This document shows positions 1-9,159 of a stretch of 64,000 bases of DNA, piece by piece (position 1 is the first letter of the stretch; each line of letters opens with the position of its first letter). The DNA is from Aureliella sp. (GTDB lineage Bacteria; Planctomycetota; Planctomycetia; Pirellulales; Pirellulaceae), in the NCBI GenBank assembly GCA_963691875.1, contig OY829846.1:3040001-3104000 (forward strand), in the 5' to 3' direction. A program made the translations under genes and the position numbers. The notes beneath the pieces are model-generated. The model worked only from the letters and a program-made list of their open reading frames with translations. It had not been told where the DNA came from and did not search any database.

Positions 1-575
1 GGTCCCGAATTGAGTCCGCCCATCTTGCAACTTGCCCGACACTTGCATCGTTCTTGCTATTACGTTCCTCCGTTCGCGAAATTGCAGACAATGACACACT
101 ACGCATTCGTACGGGAACCCGCGTTGTTGACGTGCTAGACCGATCACAACGCCAAAGGCTATGGGCGCGTTTGGACGAAATGCTCGGCTCTGCTCCACTC
201 AGTCTGCGCCGACCTCCAGCGCTGCGCAAACTGCTATCAGTTCTCGCGTTGAGCACGATGGCATTTGCGTTTGTTGCTGCTGCAGTCATCGATTTGGATA
301 CTCTACCTCTGACATTTACGTTAGCCGCCATCGTCACACTGGTACTCCACATCGTTACTGTTCCGCTTCGCAACTGTCCGCCTGATACGCTCGCCACGTT
401 TGGTTCAATCGCTCGGCGTATTGCTGGCGTAAACGTCGCAACGAAACAATTGCATCTGGACTCTGCCGATGCGATACTTGGGGAACTACGACCGATCGTG
501 GTCGACACGCTTGGTGTGGACGGTTCGGAGGTCGTCCTTACCGCAAAGTTTATCGAAGATCTTGGCATGGGATGA
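1..575 (+). CDS. ACP-like membrane protein cassette, copy 1 (5'-truncated by the window edge)
   Basis: Reads identical to 3627-4201. Confidence 0.85.
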   Translation, partial: SRIESAHLATCPTLASFLLLRSSVREIADNDTLRIRTGTRVVDVLDRSQRQRLWARLDEMLGSAPLSLRRPPALRKLLSVLALSTMAFAFVAAAVIDLDTLPLTFTLAAIVTLVLHIVTVPLRNCPPDTLATFGSIARRIAGVNVATKQLHLDSADAILGELRPIVVDTLGVDGSEVVLTAKFIEDLGMG

Positions 576-666
576 TGGCGGGTAACCATCGGATGCAACG
601 GAGGACCGGTGGTCAGTTTTCACGAATGGATGCTCAACTCCCGGTCCCCGCTGATCCGGGACGTTA
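1..666 (+). repeat. Direct repeat copy 1 (duplicated cassette), matching 3627-4292
   Basis: Identical sequence at offset 3626; diverges right after GTTA. Confidence 0.95.
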
Positions 667-669
667 TGC
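580..669 (+). other. attC site
   Basis: GGGTAAC-CATCGGAT(G)CAACGG(A)GGACCGG...CCGGTCCCCGCTGATCCGGGAC-GTTATGC. Confidence 0.92.
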
Positions 670-707
670 GTAGAATACACAATCGCTAGGTTTGCCGGAA
701 CTGTTAT

Positions 708-1184
708 ATGAATCTTGAAAAGGCGTGCTATCGTGGTGAATTGGGTTTGACAAAGGCTGCAATCGACGCTGGTGCGGAAGTCACATTTGAAGCGTTCCAA
801 AATGCGGTCAACAATGGCAACAAATCCGAAGCCGCGAAGAAACTCCCTATTGTCAAGCTACTGATTGACGCTGGCGCAGACCCGAATCTTGAGAGACCTG
901 ACGGGCACGCTTCGATTCTGGAAGTCGCCTCAGAGAGCTTTTCATCGGATATCCTCCAGCTCGTTCTTGACGCGGGTGCCGACGTATCGAAAGGCTGTCC
1001 GCTTCATTCCGCAGTATCCGGCGACCGTCCCGAAAACATCCGTATTTTGCTGGCAGCCGGAGCAGATGCGAGTGTTGGCCTGACGTCTGATTATCCGGAC
1101 GAACTGGACGAAATGCTCGGGATGTCGCCGATTGAATACGCAAAACACTTAGGCCATAAGAAATGTGTGAATGAACTCAAATAG
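708..1184 (+). CDS. Ankyrin-repeat protein (cassette)
   Basis: IVKLLIDAGADPN, LVLDAGADVS..PLHSAV, ILLAAGAD repeats. Confidence 0.88.
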   Translation: MNLEKACYRGELGLTKAAIDAGAEVTFEAFQNAVNNGNKSEAAKKLPIVKLLIDAGADPNLERPDGHASILEVASESFSSDILQLVLDAGADVSKGCPLHSAVSGDRPENIRILLAAGADASVGLTSDYPDELDEMLGMSPIEYAKHLGHKKCVNELK

Positions 1185-1232
1185 ATGCCCTGTGTCAACC
1201 AAATCAATTGTTTGCGTACTGCCCTAAGCAAC

Positions 1233-1323
1233 GCATAACAAAGCGATGCAACCCAGCCCTCGTTGATGGTGTTATATGCGGTCTGTCTCGTCTTCTCGGG
1301 CGGGCTGATCGCGAACGTTATAC
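1233..1323 (+). other. attC site
   Basis: GCATAAC...GCGAT(G)CAACCC(A)GCCC...GGGCGGGCTGATCGC..GTTATAC; ACGCATAAC complements GTTATGCGT at 663. Confidence 0.92.
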
Positions 1324-1377
1324 CGCGTAGAAATCAGGATTCGTTTTAATGCCGTTTTTACAATCTCCAGTTGCTCT

Positions 1378-1767
1378 ATGATCTTGGCCGCGACCTTCAA
1401 TGGACACCTCAACGGCACGCAGCTTTACTGGTCGATGGATGTCGCCGGAAATGACGCCAATGTTGATGCACATTGGATTCCAATCGATCGAGACCGACAC
1501 TCTGCAAAAGTCTCTTTCCAACTAGACTGGGACGAATTCCGCGAACTATTCGCATCGTTTTCATGTCTAGAATCCAGCTACAACTCGTCCTTTGATGGTG
1601 CGGCAATCCGACATCTATCGGTAGATCATGACGGCGTACTTTCGAAATGTACAGTCTATGGCGATGCACCCTCAAAAACGCATCCGGAATTGAGACACTT
1701 TTATGCAATTTGGCGAATTGTCGAACGAACCGTTCACCATGAGATTGGCTGGAAGCACAGCAAATAG
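1378..1767 (+). CDS. Hypothetical protein (cassette)
   Basis: ORF fills the space between two attC sites. Confidence 0.75.
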   Translation: MILAATFNGHLNGTQLYWSMDVAGNDANVDAHWIPIDRDRHSAKVSFQLDWDEFRELFASFSCLESSYNSSFDGAAIRHLSVDHDGVLSKCTVYGDAPSKTHPELRHFYAIWRIVERTVHHEIGWKHSK

Positions 1768-1773
1768 ATTGCG

Positions 1774-1900
1774 GGATAACAATACGTTGGACCGAAGCCG
1801 TTACAATCGAACCAAACTCGCGGGATGATGCTTCGCACCATTTTATCCCGCTCAAACACTTGCGAGTCGATCGTCGGCTCGGTCAACTTGGGCGTTATCC
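1774..1900 (+). other. attC site (long, 127 bp)
   Basis: GGATAAC..GTTGGACCGAAGCCG...CGGCTCGGTCAAC..GTTATCC. Confidence 0.88.
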
Positions 1901-1920
1901 TTGATATGTGATGATGCTCC

Positions 1921-2271
1921 ATGGCGCTTCCAAAGAAGAATAGAAGAAAGGTGAGCGTCGAAGGGGCGGAGTATCACTGGATGCACTGTGATCGCGGCGC
2001 GGTCGTGCAATGCAGTAGCGGGAACGGTTCCAAATTGCGGATTGACCCCTTCGGTCCGATTACCTACGACATCATTCCTCTTGCGATTCGATTTGCGATT
2101 TCGAATGGCTGGACGCCCGCGGAATCTGGCCCGGCCTTTTGGATTGGTTACACTTGCATAGAAGATCACCGCTACAGATTCGTGTTGCGAAATGCAGACG
2201 ATCCACCGTTTTGGTCTGATCCGCATCGTGCCCGGGTTGTCTCGAAACTCATATCGAAAGAACCCGGATAA
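1921..2271 (+). CDS. Hypothetical protein (cassette)
   Basis: MALPKKNRRKVSVEG..; stop TAA lies within the R'' box GGATAAC. Confidence 0.8.
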   Translation: MALPKKNRRKVSVEGAEYHWMHCDRGAVVQCSSGNGSKLRIDPFGPITYDIIPLAIRFAISNGWTPAESGPAFWIGYTCIEDHRYRFVLRNADDPPFWSDPHRARVVSKLISKEPG

Positions 2272-2354
2272 CAACGCAATGCACGCCAGTCGCGGTGGCG
2301 GCTAAGCGATATCACTGAATCACCACCGCGACGACGTGATTGCCAACGTTATCC
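2266..2354 (+). other. attC site
   Basis: GGATAAC..GCAAT(G)CACGCC(A)GTCGCGGTGG...CCACCGCGACGACGTGATTGC..GTTATCC. Confidence 0.93.
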
Positions 2355-2372
2355 GTCTTGGGCCGCTACTTG

Positions 2373-2951
2373 ATGAATTGGAAACGAATACGCAAGGATG
2401 CCGGTGAAATCACGATCGAAGACTTGCGCGAATATCCCTCTTGGGAATTTTGCCTCGATGAGGAGGGGGTCGAGGGCCAAACCGAATGCACCATTCGGCC
2501 ATTCAAAAAATCAGATTCAAAATTGTCATTAAAGGACTACTGTCTCGTTGCGGCAGATTTAATTGCGAACAATGGCACTAGGCTATTCGGTTGGGTCACG
2601 TTAGGCGATGGCCATGCCGATCATGCTTGGGATCTTTCGCCCGAAATACTTCTGCCGTCTGTAGCCGACGACGTTCAAAAGAACGAACACTGCAACAACC
2701 TACCGTTTATCGTGATGACCTGTCCTGGAACGGCTCGAATCAGCTTATGTCTTGGTGCTTCAAAACGATTTTCTGATGAAAAAATTCGGCCCAAAATAGA
2801 ATTGGCATATCGGGCGCTCAAAATGTCGGCTTCCGAAGTATTTCCACTTACAATCGAGCCTCGTCAATTTGTAGAACAATGGCCAAAGAAAATGATAATT
2901 GAGGGATTCTTGAGGCCGTCAGATGAAGGCCCAGGCTTAACACTAAAATGA
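2373..2951 (+). CDS. Hypothetical protein (cassette)
   Basis: First ATG after the attC; ORF ends 1 bp before the next R''. Confidence 0.8.
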   Translation: MNWKRIRKDAGEITIEDLREYPSWEFCLDEEGVEGQTECTIRPFKKSDSKLSLKDYCLVAADLIANNGTRLFGWVTLGDGHADHAWDLSPEILLPSVADDVQKNEHCNNLPFIVMTCPGTARISLCLGASKRFSDEKIRPKIELAYRALKMSASEVFPLTIEPRQFVEQWPKKMIIEGFLRPSDEGPGLTLK

Positions 2952-2952
2952 C

Positions 2953-3045
2953 GGATAACAATACGATGCACGCGCAGCCGGACCTGCGTGCTTAATTGAA
3001 AATGGTAGATCGCTGGTTCCGGCTCGGTGATCGTTAACGTTATCC
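2953..3045 (+). other. attC site
   Basis: GACGGATAAC complements GTTATCCGTC (2348); ACGATGCACGCGCAGCCGGA...TCCGGCTCGGTGATCGT..GTTATCC. Confidence 0.92.
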
Positions 3046-3055
3046 TGCAAACAGA

Positions 3056-3394
3056 ATGACCAAAGATTCAATGCGATGGTTTGGTGTACGTTCGGTCTAC
3101 TGTTCTCGGTGCGTCGATCCCGAACATGCATTTTCATACGAGGAACGAGTCCTAGTATTCCTTGCTGACTCTTTTGAATCCGCAATCAAACTGGCTGAAC
3201 ACGAGTCACAGCAATACGTTGGTACCTCAGAATCTATTGCATTAGATTATTTCAATGCTTTCGAAATCATCGACGACCAAATCCAAAACGGTACCGAGGT
3301 CTATTCGCTCATCCGTGATTCCAATTTGGCTTCCGAAGAGTATATAGATTCATATTTCGATACGGGAGACGAGCGAAGCGGGAAATGGAAGTAG
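3056..3394 (+). CDS. DUF4288-like protein (cassette)
   Basis: WFGVRSVY...YEERVLVFLADSFESAIKLAE...GTEVYSLIRDS pattern. Confidence 0.75.
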   Translation: MTKDSMRWFGVRSVYCSRCVDPEHAFSYEERVLVFLADSFESAIKLAEHESQQYVGTSESIALDYFNAFEIIDDQIQNGTEVYSLIRDSNLASEEYIDSYFDTGDERSGKWK

Positions 3395-3412
3395 GACCGC
3401 ACCCTGGGGACA

Positions 3413-3502
3413 GGATAACAACGCGATGAACCAAAGCGGCGAAGCATCGCGAACTAGAATTGAATGATAACTCTCGCCGCTTGGTTATCGCAAACGTTAC
3501 CC
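3413..3502 (+). other. attC site
   Basis: GGATAAC..GCGAT(G)AACCAA(A)GCGGCGA...TCGCCGCTTGGTTATCGC..GTTACCC. Confidence 0.93.
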
Positions 3503-3511
3503 GACTGAATC

Positions 3512-4201
3512 ATGGGACTTGACGCTGTTGAAATCGTAATGGATGTCGAAGACCACTTTGGCATTTCAATCCAGAATGCGGAGGCGGAGCGCGTTCGCAC
3601 CGTCGGCGATCTTGTCGCGTTGATTGGGTCCCGAATTGAGTCCGCCCATCTTGCAACTTGCCCGACACTTGCATCGTTCTTGCTATTACGTTCCTCCGTT
3701 CGCGAAATTGCAGACAATGACACACTACGCATTCGTACGGGAACCCGCGTTGTTGACGTGCTAGACCGATCACAACGCCAAAGGCTATGGGCGCGTTTGG
3801 ACGAAATGCTCGGCTCTGCTCCACTCAGTCTGCGCCGACCTCCAGCGCTGCGCAAACTGCTATCAGTTCTCGCGTTGAGCACGATGGCATTTGCGTTTGT
3901 TGCTGCTGCAGTCATCGATTTGGATACTCTACCTCTGACATTTACGTTAGCCGCCATCGTCACACTGGTACTCCACATCGTTACTGTTCCGCTTCGCAAC
4001 TGTCCGCCTGATACGCTCGCCACGTTTGGTTCAATCGCTCGGCGTATTGCTGGCGTAAACGTCGCAACGAAACAATTGCATCTGGACTCTGCCGATGCGA
4101 TACTTGGGGAACTACGACCGATCGTGGTCGACACGCTTGGTGTGGACGGTTCGGAGGTCGTCCTTACCGCAAAGTTTATCGAAGATCTTGGCATGGGATG
4201 A
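3512..4201 (+). CDS. Circularly permuted acyl-carrier-protein-like protein with two TM helices (cassette, copy 2)
   Basis: N-term GLDAVEIVMDVEDHFGISI..AERVRTVGDLV (ACP helices II-IV); C-term LRPIVVDTLGVD..V..TAKFIEDLG (ACP helix I and loop). Confidence 0.85.
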   Translation: MGLDAVEIVMDVEDHFGISIQNAEAERVRTVGDLVALIGSRIESAHLATCPTLASFLLLRSSVREIADNDTLRIRTGTRVVDVLDRSQRQRLWARLDEMLGSAPLSLRRPPALRKLLSVLALSTMAFAFVAAAVIDLDTLPLTFTLAAIVTLVLHIVTVPLRNCPPDTLATFGSIARRIAGVNVATKQLHLDSADAILGELRPIVVDTLGVDGSEVVLTAKFIEDLGMG

Positions 4202-4292
4202 TGGCGGGTAACCATCGGATGCAACGGAGGACCGGTGGTCAGTTTTCACGAATGGATGCTCAACTCCCGGTCCCCGCTGATCCGGGACGTTA
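3627..4292 (+). repeat. Direct repeat copy 2 (duplicated cassette), matching 1-666
   Basis: Identical sequence; ends GTTA|cccg versus GTTA|tgcg. Confidence 0.95.
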
Positions 4293-4295
4293 CCC
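4206..4295 (+). other. attC site (same as 580-669 up to GTTA)
   Basis: GGGTAAC...GTTACCC. Confidence 0.92.
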
Positions 4296-4306
4296 GACCG
4301 AGATGT

Positions 4307-4876
4307 ATGAAACATCTTCTTTCACTCATTGTTCTTTCGCTCGTCCTCGGGTGCAGGGACTCGCACGAAATGGCCACGAACGACTCCTCATCTGAACCGG
4401 GCGTCCAACTTTTCAACGAGGCTGTTCTCGGGTCCTCCCCGACCGATGCGATCCCGATGCTCTTGACTTCCGCAAATGCGGATTGGTCACCACGACAGGT
4501 CGTTGTCGACTACAAAGACGGTGCTTGCTACGGCGCGATGGTTCATTACGATCGGACGCAGGCCTTTGAGGTTCTTCGCTCTGCAATCAATACGCGATTC
4601 GGCAAACACGAACAACCGACTTTCGCCGACGATCCAACGATGGGTATTTGGCGTATGGACGACGCGGGGTTTACGATTCAACTGAGCGACGACAACGAGG
4701 AGGATTCGTACGTGGCGATCTATCTGCTCTTTGTTGATCTGGGCGTGCTTGCTACCAAGCTTGAAGAACTGAGCGAGACCGAACCTGAGTTGTTCGAGGA
4801 CTTTCCTCTCGATGATTTCACCGACGCACTGCGTGAAAGCGACAAACCGGACGCGACGACACCAGATGGCGGGTAA
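4307..4876 (+). CDS. Putative lipoprotein (cassette)
   Basis: MKHLLSLIVLSLVLGC lipobox-like signal; stop within R'' GGGTAAC. Confidence 0.82.
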   Translation: MKHLLSLIVLSLVLGCRDSHEMATNDSSSEPGVQLFNEAVLGSSPTDAIPMLLTSANADWSPRQVVVDYKDGACYGAMVHYDRTQAFEVLRSAINTRFGKHEQPTFADDPTMGIWRMDDAGFTIQLSDDNEEDSYVAIYLLFVDLGVLATKLEELSETEPELFEDFPLDDFTDALRESDKPDATTPDGG

Positions 4877-4960
4877 CCATCGCATGCAACGGAGCCGGCG
4901 GCCGGGTCGGTTTTCTAATCAACGCGTATCACGCCGGCCCCCTGATGCGTGTCGTTCATT
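4871..4960 (+). other. attC site
   Basis: GGGTAAC..CGCATGCAACGGAGCCGGCG...CGCCGGCCCCCTGATGCG..GTTCATT. Confidence 0.9.
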
Positions 4961-5351
4961 GGTGCTCTGGTGAATAGCGGGTTGCGATCTGACTGATCAA
5001 GACTTGGTCGAACTGGACGGTCAATCGGTTGCGAAGTCGGCGTGGAGACGCCACGGTGACTTCTCGTTGGTTGCGCGGACGGCCTAATGCTGCCGATGAT
5101 TGGGCCAATTGGAACGTTGGCTTCGATCCGCCGGTTCGGTACACAAACAACACGCGGTCTCCGTTGGGATGTTGTATTTGGCATCGATTGTTGGAACGCT
5201 CGTTGGCATCGATGACGTAGCGCGCAAACCTTCGATTGAATTGCGTCTCTTCTTCGATCAGCGCCTGCAATACTTTCGGGCAAATTACGTCTGACGGCCG
5301 ATTCGCCACCGTGCTAAACTGAGATGCCATGCCGGTAACCGGTATCATCAT
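4956..5351 (-). CDS. Hypothetical protein in inverted orientation within a cassette (start 5351 or 5330)
   Basis: Only ORF that spans the cassette 4954-5361; no + strand ORF longer than 64 aa. Confidence 0.55.
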   Translation of the reverse strand: MMIPVTGMASQFSTVANRPSDVICPKVLQALIEEETQFNRRFARYVIDANERSNNRCQIQHPNGDRVLFVYRTGGSKPTFQLAQSSAALGRPRNQREVTVASPRRLRNRLTVQFDQVLISQIATRYSPEHQ

Positions 5352-5361
5352 TGGAACGTCC

Positions 5362-5450
5362 AATGAACTATGCGTTGAACCGAAGCGACGCGTGGGGCGT
5401 GTGCAAATGGAAAACACATTGGCGTCACCCGGTTAACGCCACCGTTATGC
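5362..5450 (+). other. attC site
   Basis: CCAATGAAC complements GTTCATTGG (4954); GCGTTGAACCGAAGCGACGC...GCGTCACCCGGTTAACGC..GTTATGC. Confidence 0.9.
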
Positions 5451-5476
5451 TGAATACCCAAAGTCCACCCATCCTC

Positions 5477-6097
5477 ATGAGTAACGGGCTACTAGCATCA
5501 CATACGATGCCCGATCTACTGACGCCTTTTCTCGCCCAAGGATTGCTGTTGAGCGTTCTGCCGGTACTTGTGTGCGCAATCCTCGGCTCTCTCCTTGGCC
5601 GCACAACGTTTCGATGGACGCAAGTCGGGAGTCTGTTCCTTGGGATGCTGTCTGGCGTACTTGTGGTGCTCCTCTTCGCACTCGCTGCATTTGTCGCACT
5701 TTCCAACATCAGAGGAATCAACCCGGCGATTGGGCTCTATCTGCCGTTGGCCGTCGGAGCCACGACGGCGTCATGGGTGTCCTACAAAGTTTCTCGCAGA
5801 GGTCGGCCCAAGCCGCCGAAACCCACGCTCGAGATGCTTAACGAGAGCTGGAACACAATTGAAGGAATTGTTCGTGACAGGATGCGCGGAGCAGGAATTG
5901 AAATCGGGGCTAGCTTCGATCTAGACGTAGTTCGCAACGCCCGGATATTGACGAGCAAGGAGATTGATCTGATTGACGAACTCGCCAAGACTCGACACTG
6001 TCTCATGACAGCGAGAGCGCTCATACATGATGATATCGCAATGGGGCTCGCCAAATCCGAGGATCTCCTGGCTTGCCTCAATACGCAAAAATCATAA
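5477..6097 (+). CDS. Membrane protein, about 3 TM (cassette)
   Basis: Hydrophobic segments followed by a soluble helical tail; start may be 5507. Confidence 0.78.
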   Translation: MSNGLLASHTMPDLLTPFLAQGLLLSVLPVLVCAILGSLLGRTTFRWTQVGSLFLGMLSGVLVVLLFALAAFVALSNIRGINPAIGLYLPLAVGATTASWVSYKVSRRGRPKPPKPTLEMLNESWNTIEGIVRDRMRGAGIEIGASFDLDVVRNARILTSKEIDLIDELAKTRHCLMTARALIHDDIAMGLAKSEDLLACLNTQKS

Positions 6098-6102
6098 TAG
6101 CA

Positions 6103-6192
<90 letters not shown>

Positions 6193-6199
6193 CTCAACC

Positions 6200-7129
6200 A
6201 TGTTTAGACGCCTCTTCGGAAAAAAGTCGAAGTTAGAGCCGCCTCTTGACGCGAACGGCGCTGGCGGAATGATCGAAGCGTACGATCAGCAAGGAAACAA
6301 AATCCTGATCGAGCGAAGCGAATACCGTACCAGCGTCCTTTCCGGCACCTTCAATGACGCGTGGAACGATGCGGATGATCTTTATGGTGCAATCGTCATG
6401 GCACTCAATGACGGATTCCTTGCCGAAACGATTGCTCCTGCTGAACGGCTTCGCGTAATCGATCCGATTGTAGAACGAAGCACGACTATCCTCGGCATCG
6501 TCTTGATGAAAAACAACGAGTTCAGTCGAGCCGAAAAGGTTCTTAGCGACTACCTCAAAGAACATGATTCGGGTGTCGTAGCAACGAATCTCGCAAAGGT
6601 ATACGACGAGCAGGGTCGCAAGGACGAATCACGGACTACCTTGCGCCGCGCATTGTCGATGGACCCAAATCAAGATAACGGCATCGAATGGTTTGGGGCG
6701 ATTGCTCGCGAAGAAGGTGGCGACGAAGCGTACCTTGCGGCGATGCGTGACATCGCAAAAGAGCCAGGAAGCTGGCGCGCCCAATTGTGGATTGCCCGTG
6801 AGTTCCTTGAACACGATGATGCTCAATCGGCAATTCAGATTTACAAGCAACTGTTGAATTCCGCAGACGTTGCCGAAGACGGCATCATGATGATTTCTGG
6901 CGATCTAGGGAACAACGGCTATATTGAAGAAATCATCGACCTGTTTCTACCTGTCTTTGATGTTCATACACACGGAATCCAGGCGGGGCTTAATCTCGTG
7001 CAAGCATGCATCGAATCAGGTCGTAAACACGACGGGTTACGAATCTGCGATGATCTTCTGTCGCTAAACCGCTACGACTTAAAGCAAATCATTGACGAAC
7101 GACGCGCGCAACTCCGTGCAATGCACTGA
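6200..7129 (+). CDS. Tetratricopeptide-repeat protein (cassette)
   Basis: LGIVLMKNNEFSRAEKVL, NLAKVYDEQGRKDESRTTLRRALSMDPN. Confidence 0.85.
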   Translation: MFRRLFGKKSKLEPPLDANGAGGMIEAYDQQGNKILIERSEYRTSVLSGTFNDAWNDADDLYGAIVMALNDGFLAETIAPAERLRVIDPIVERSTTILGIVLMKNNEFSRAEKVLSDYLKEHDSGVVATNLAKVYDEQGRKDESRTTLRRALSMDPNQDNGIEWFGAIAREEGGDEAYLAAMRDIAKEPGSWRAQLWIAREFLEHDDAQSAIQIYKQLLNSADVAEDGIMMISGDLGNNGYIEEIIDLFLPVFDVHTHGIQAGLNLVQACIESGRKHDGLRICDDLLSLNRYDLKQIIDERRAQLRAMH

Positions 7130-7135
7130 AACGAG

Positions 7136-7226
7136 TCATCACAAATCGCTGCCATCAGAGCCGCCGACGGCGCGCGTTTAAAATCGTACTATCACTCTGG
7201 CGGCCTGGTTGTGCCAGACGCTATGC
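7136..7226 (+). other. Degenerate attC site
   Basis: R'' TCATCAC, CAGAGCCGCC..GGCGGCCTG arms, R' GCTATGC (GTT lost). Confidence 0.65.
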
Positions 7227-7321
7227 ATAAACTGTGAACCCCATGTTTGACGCTACGTCTCAACATGAAGTAAACCGCTGTGGACAAAGCAAAATTATTT
7301 CCGCCGGCCAATCCTACCCAA

Positions 7322-7842
7322 ATGCCTCACGAACACGATTCGCCAGAAAGTTCCAAATCTGCCGCGGCCGAAACACCGCGTCTCAAGCGCATTCTCCTGG
7401 GATGCGGCTTCATTTTCGCGATACCGGTGATGGGAGTTGCCCTTATCTTATTCTGGATTTACGGCACCGACACGCACCATACGAATCGGAGTAGCATTTG
7501 GTGGCCAACCGCAGCCAAAGACCTCATCCCGCCCGCCGCTACCGACATCACCTTGCGACAGGATCATCTCGATCATTACGCCATATACACAATCTCGCAG
7601 GCAGACCTGCACGATTTCGTTCAAGAACATTTCGCCGACAATGGAGCGTCAGTTCTACAAGACCGCGACGGAAAGTTCGTAGCCCGCGAAATGATCGGGA
7701 CAACAGTCGGACCGGTTGGATCGTGACGAAAGACACCATTGTGTACAGCTACATTAAGAAAAATGGTACGCTGCACGAATACTACCACGATGTAAAGACG
7801 GGCTTGACCTATCAGGATTCTGCGTACTGGCAGTTGTTTTAA
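7322..7842 (+). pseudogene. Membrane-anchored hypothetical protein, frameshifted near 7715 (cassette)
   Basis: ORF stops at 7726; protein-like continuation WIVTKDTIVY..YQDSAYW in another frame ends at the attC. Confidence 0.6.
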
Positions 7843-7928
7843 AACAATTATATACACGCGAAGCCGCCGATCGCGTGTTTTCAAATGGAGCATTAACCGC
7901 GGTGGCCCTGTGATGCCAGACGTTCGGC
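7839..7928 (+). other. attC site (partly degenerate)
   Basis: TAAAAC..CACGCGAAGCCGCCG..TTTTCAAATGG..CGGTGGCCCTGTGATG..GTTCGGC. Confidence 0.78.
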
Positions 7929-7944
7929 GACAGAGGATGTTCGG

Positions 7945-8376
7945 ATGCGTAAACTGAAACGCTTGAGCGTGGTTGGCCTCAGCCTTGCCGCAATGCTCGT
8001 ACTGGCGGGATGCCCGTCTGGGTATCGGATTTCATCAGTCGCTTCGGCATCAGCACAACACGCCAAAGGGGGCAAAGACGCGGCCAAGGCAATCGCCGCC
8101 GGAAAGCTGATGCTGAAGGAATACCCGCCTCTCCCATATCCGCCTGGCCATCAGGAGTACGTCCAATTGCTCCGCGAACAATGCGAGGTCGAGTACGAGG
8201 TACCGCGACTGCCGCAGGGCGTTGCGGAGGCTGACTTCATTCAGGAGGTCCGCGGTTGGAATGAGACGATGAAAGTCGAAGTAAAACGCAAGTTCGGTGT
8301 CGATATATTCGAGCGACTGCACGAGGAAGCACGTCAGCTTTACCAAAAGCAACTCAATCCGAGCGGCAATCAGTAG
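7945..8376 (+). CDS. Putative lipoprotein (cassette)
   Basis: MRKLKR..LVLAGC lipobox. Confidence 0.82.
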   Translation: MRKLKRLSVVGLSLAAMLVLAGCPSGYRISSVASASAQHAKGGKDAAKAIAAGKLMLKEYPPLPYPPGHQEYVQLLREQCEVEYEVPRLPQGVAEADFIQEVRGWNETMKVEVKRKFGVDIFERLHEEARQLYQKQLNPSGNQ

Positions 8377-8377
8377 T

Positions 8378-8467
8378 ACTGAACCCACCGGTGCACCGGA
8401 TCGACCGGCGTCGTCCACTTTGAAATCAATGTCTATCGTGGCCGCCCGGTTTCGGCTGACGGCACGT
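8378..8467 (+). other. Degenerate attC site
   Basis: ACTGAAC..GGTGCACCGGATCGACC..TTTGAAATCAA..GGCCGCCCGGT; R' GTT lost. Confidence 0.55.
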
Positions 8468-8492
8468 ATCGACGCAATATGGTCAACCAGCC

Positions 8493-8858
8493 TTGACTTT
8501 CTACAAACTAAACACGATTCGTCTATGCTCGCTCGACGTATTCCTCGCGTTCGTAAGGGCTCGCGGCGTCGAGGCAACCGATGACGGTTCCTGCAATCCG
8601 CTTGAGTTTACCGACGCGACTGACTCGATTTTCCGCATCAAATTCGTCGATGACCGCGTAAAGGGAGTCGTGTCGTTCGATGGCAAGATCAACGTTAAGC
8701 CAAGGCGTCTCGAATTTCATCAGATTGTGGACTTCGTGAAATTCTGCCCCGAGAACAACCTCAAAGTTCGCCGTGGCAACGTCGAAATTGTAGGTCCAAG
8801 AAATCTCGCTTCGGACATCCTCTTATTCGACGCTTACAGATTTGCTACACACATGTAA
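8493..8858 (+). CDS. Hypothetical protein (cassette; start uncertain, possibly degraded)
   Basis: ORF begins just after the attC. Confidence 0.5.
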   Translation: MTFYKLNTIRLCSLDVFLAFVRARGVEATDDGSCNPLEFTDATDSIFRIKFVDDRVKGVVSFDGKINVKPRRLEFHQIVDFVKFCPENNLKVRRGNVEIVGPRNLASDILLFDAYRFATHM

Positions 8859-9159
8859 GAAAATGTGGATACTCGACGTTAATGTAATTCCTGCAGTCCC
8901 AACTTGCAGTGGCTACGTAACGAAGAGCATTTCTCCAAAACCGGAAATCTTCGCCGAAGTGCGTCCACTGTGGCTCTATGGAATTAATTCACACTCCCTG
9001 CGTCACCGAAATCCAACATCCAAAAGAAAACTCAAATTTGTGATCGAATGCACAGGAATATGTAGCAACGACTGCATGAATTGGCATTTTACTCCAAAGG
9101 GCGATAGACTACCCAAGAAACAAAGCCGTCTTACTGGCACCACCTCGGACTCAATCGCG

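Noticed and set aside
3454..4224. Long antisense ORFs (e.g. 3454-4224, 46391-47242, 28143-28868)
   Set aside because: Shadows of well-supported genes on the opposite strand
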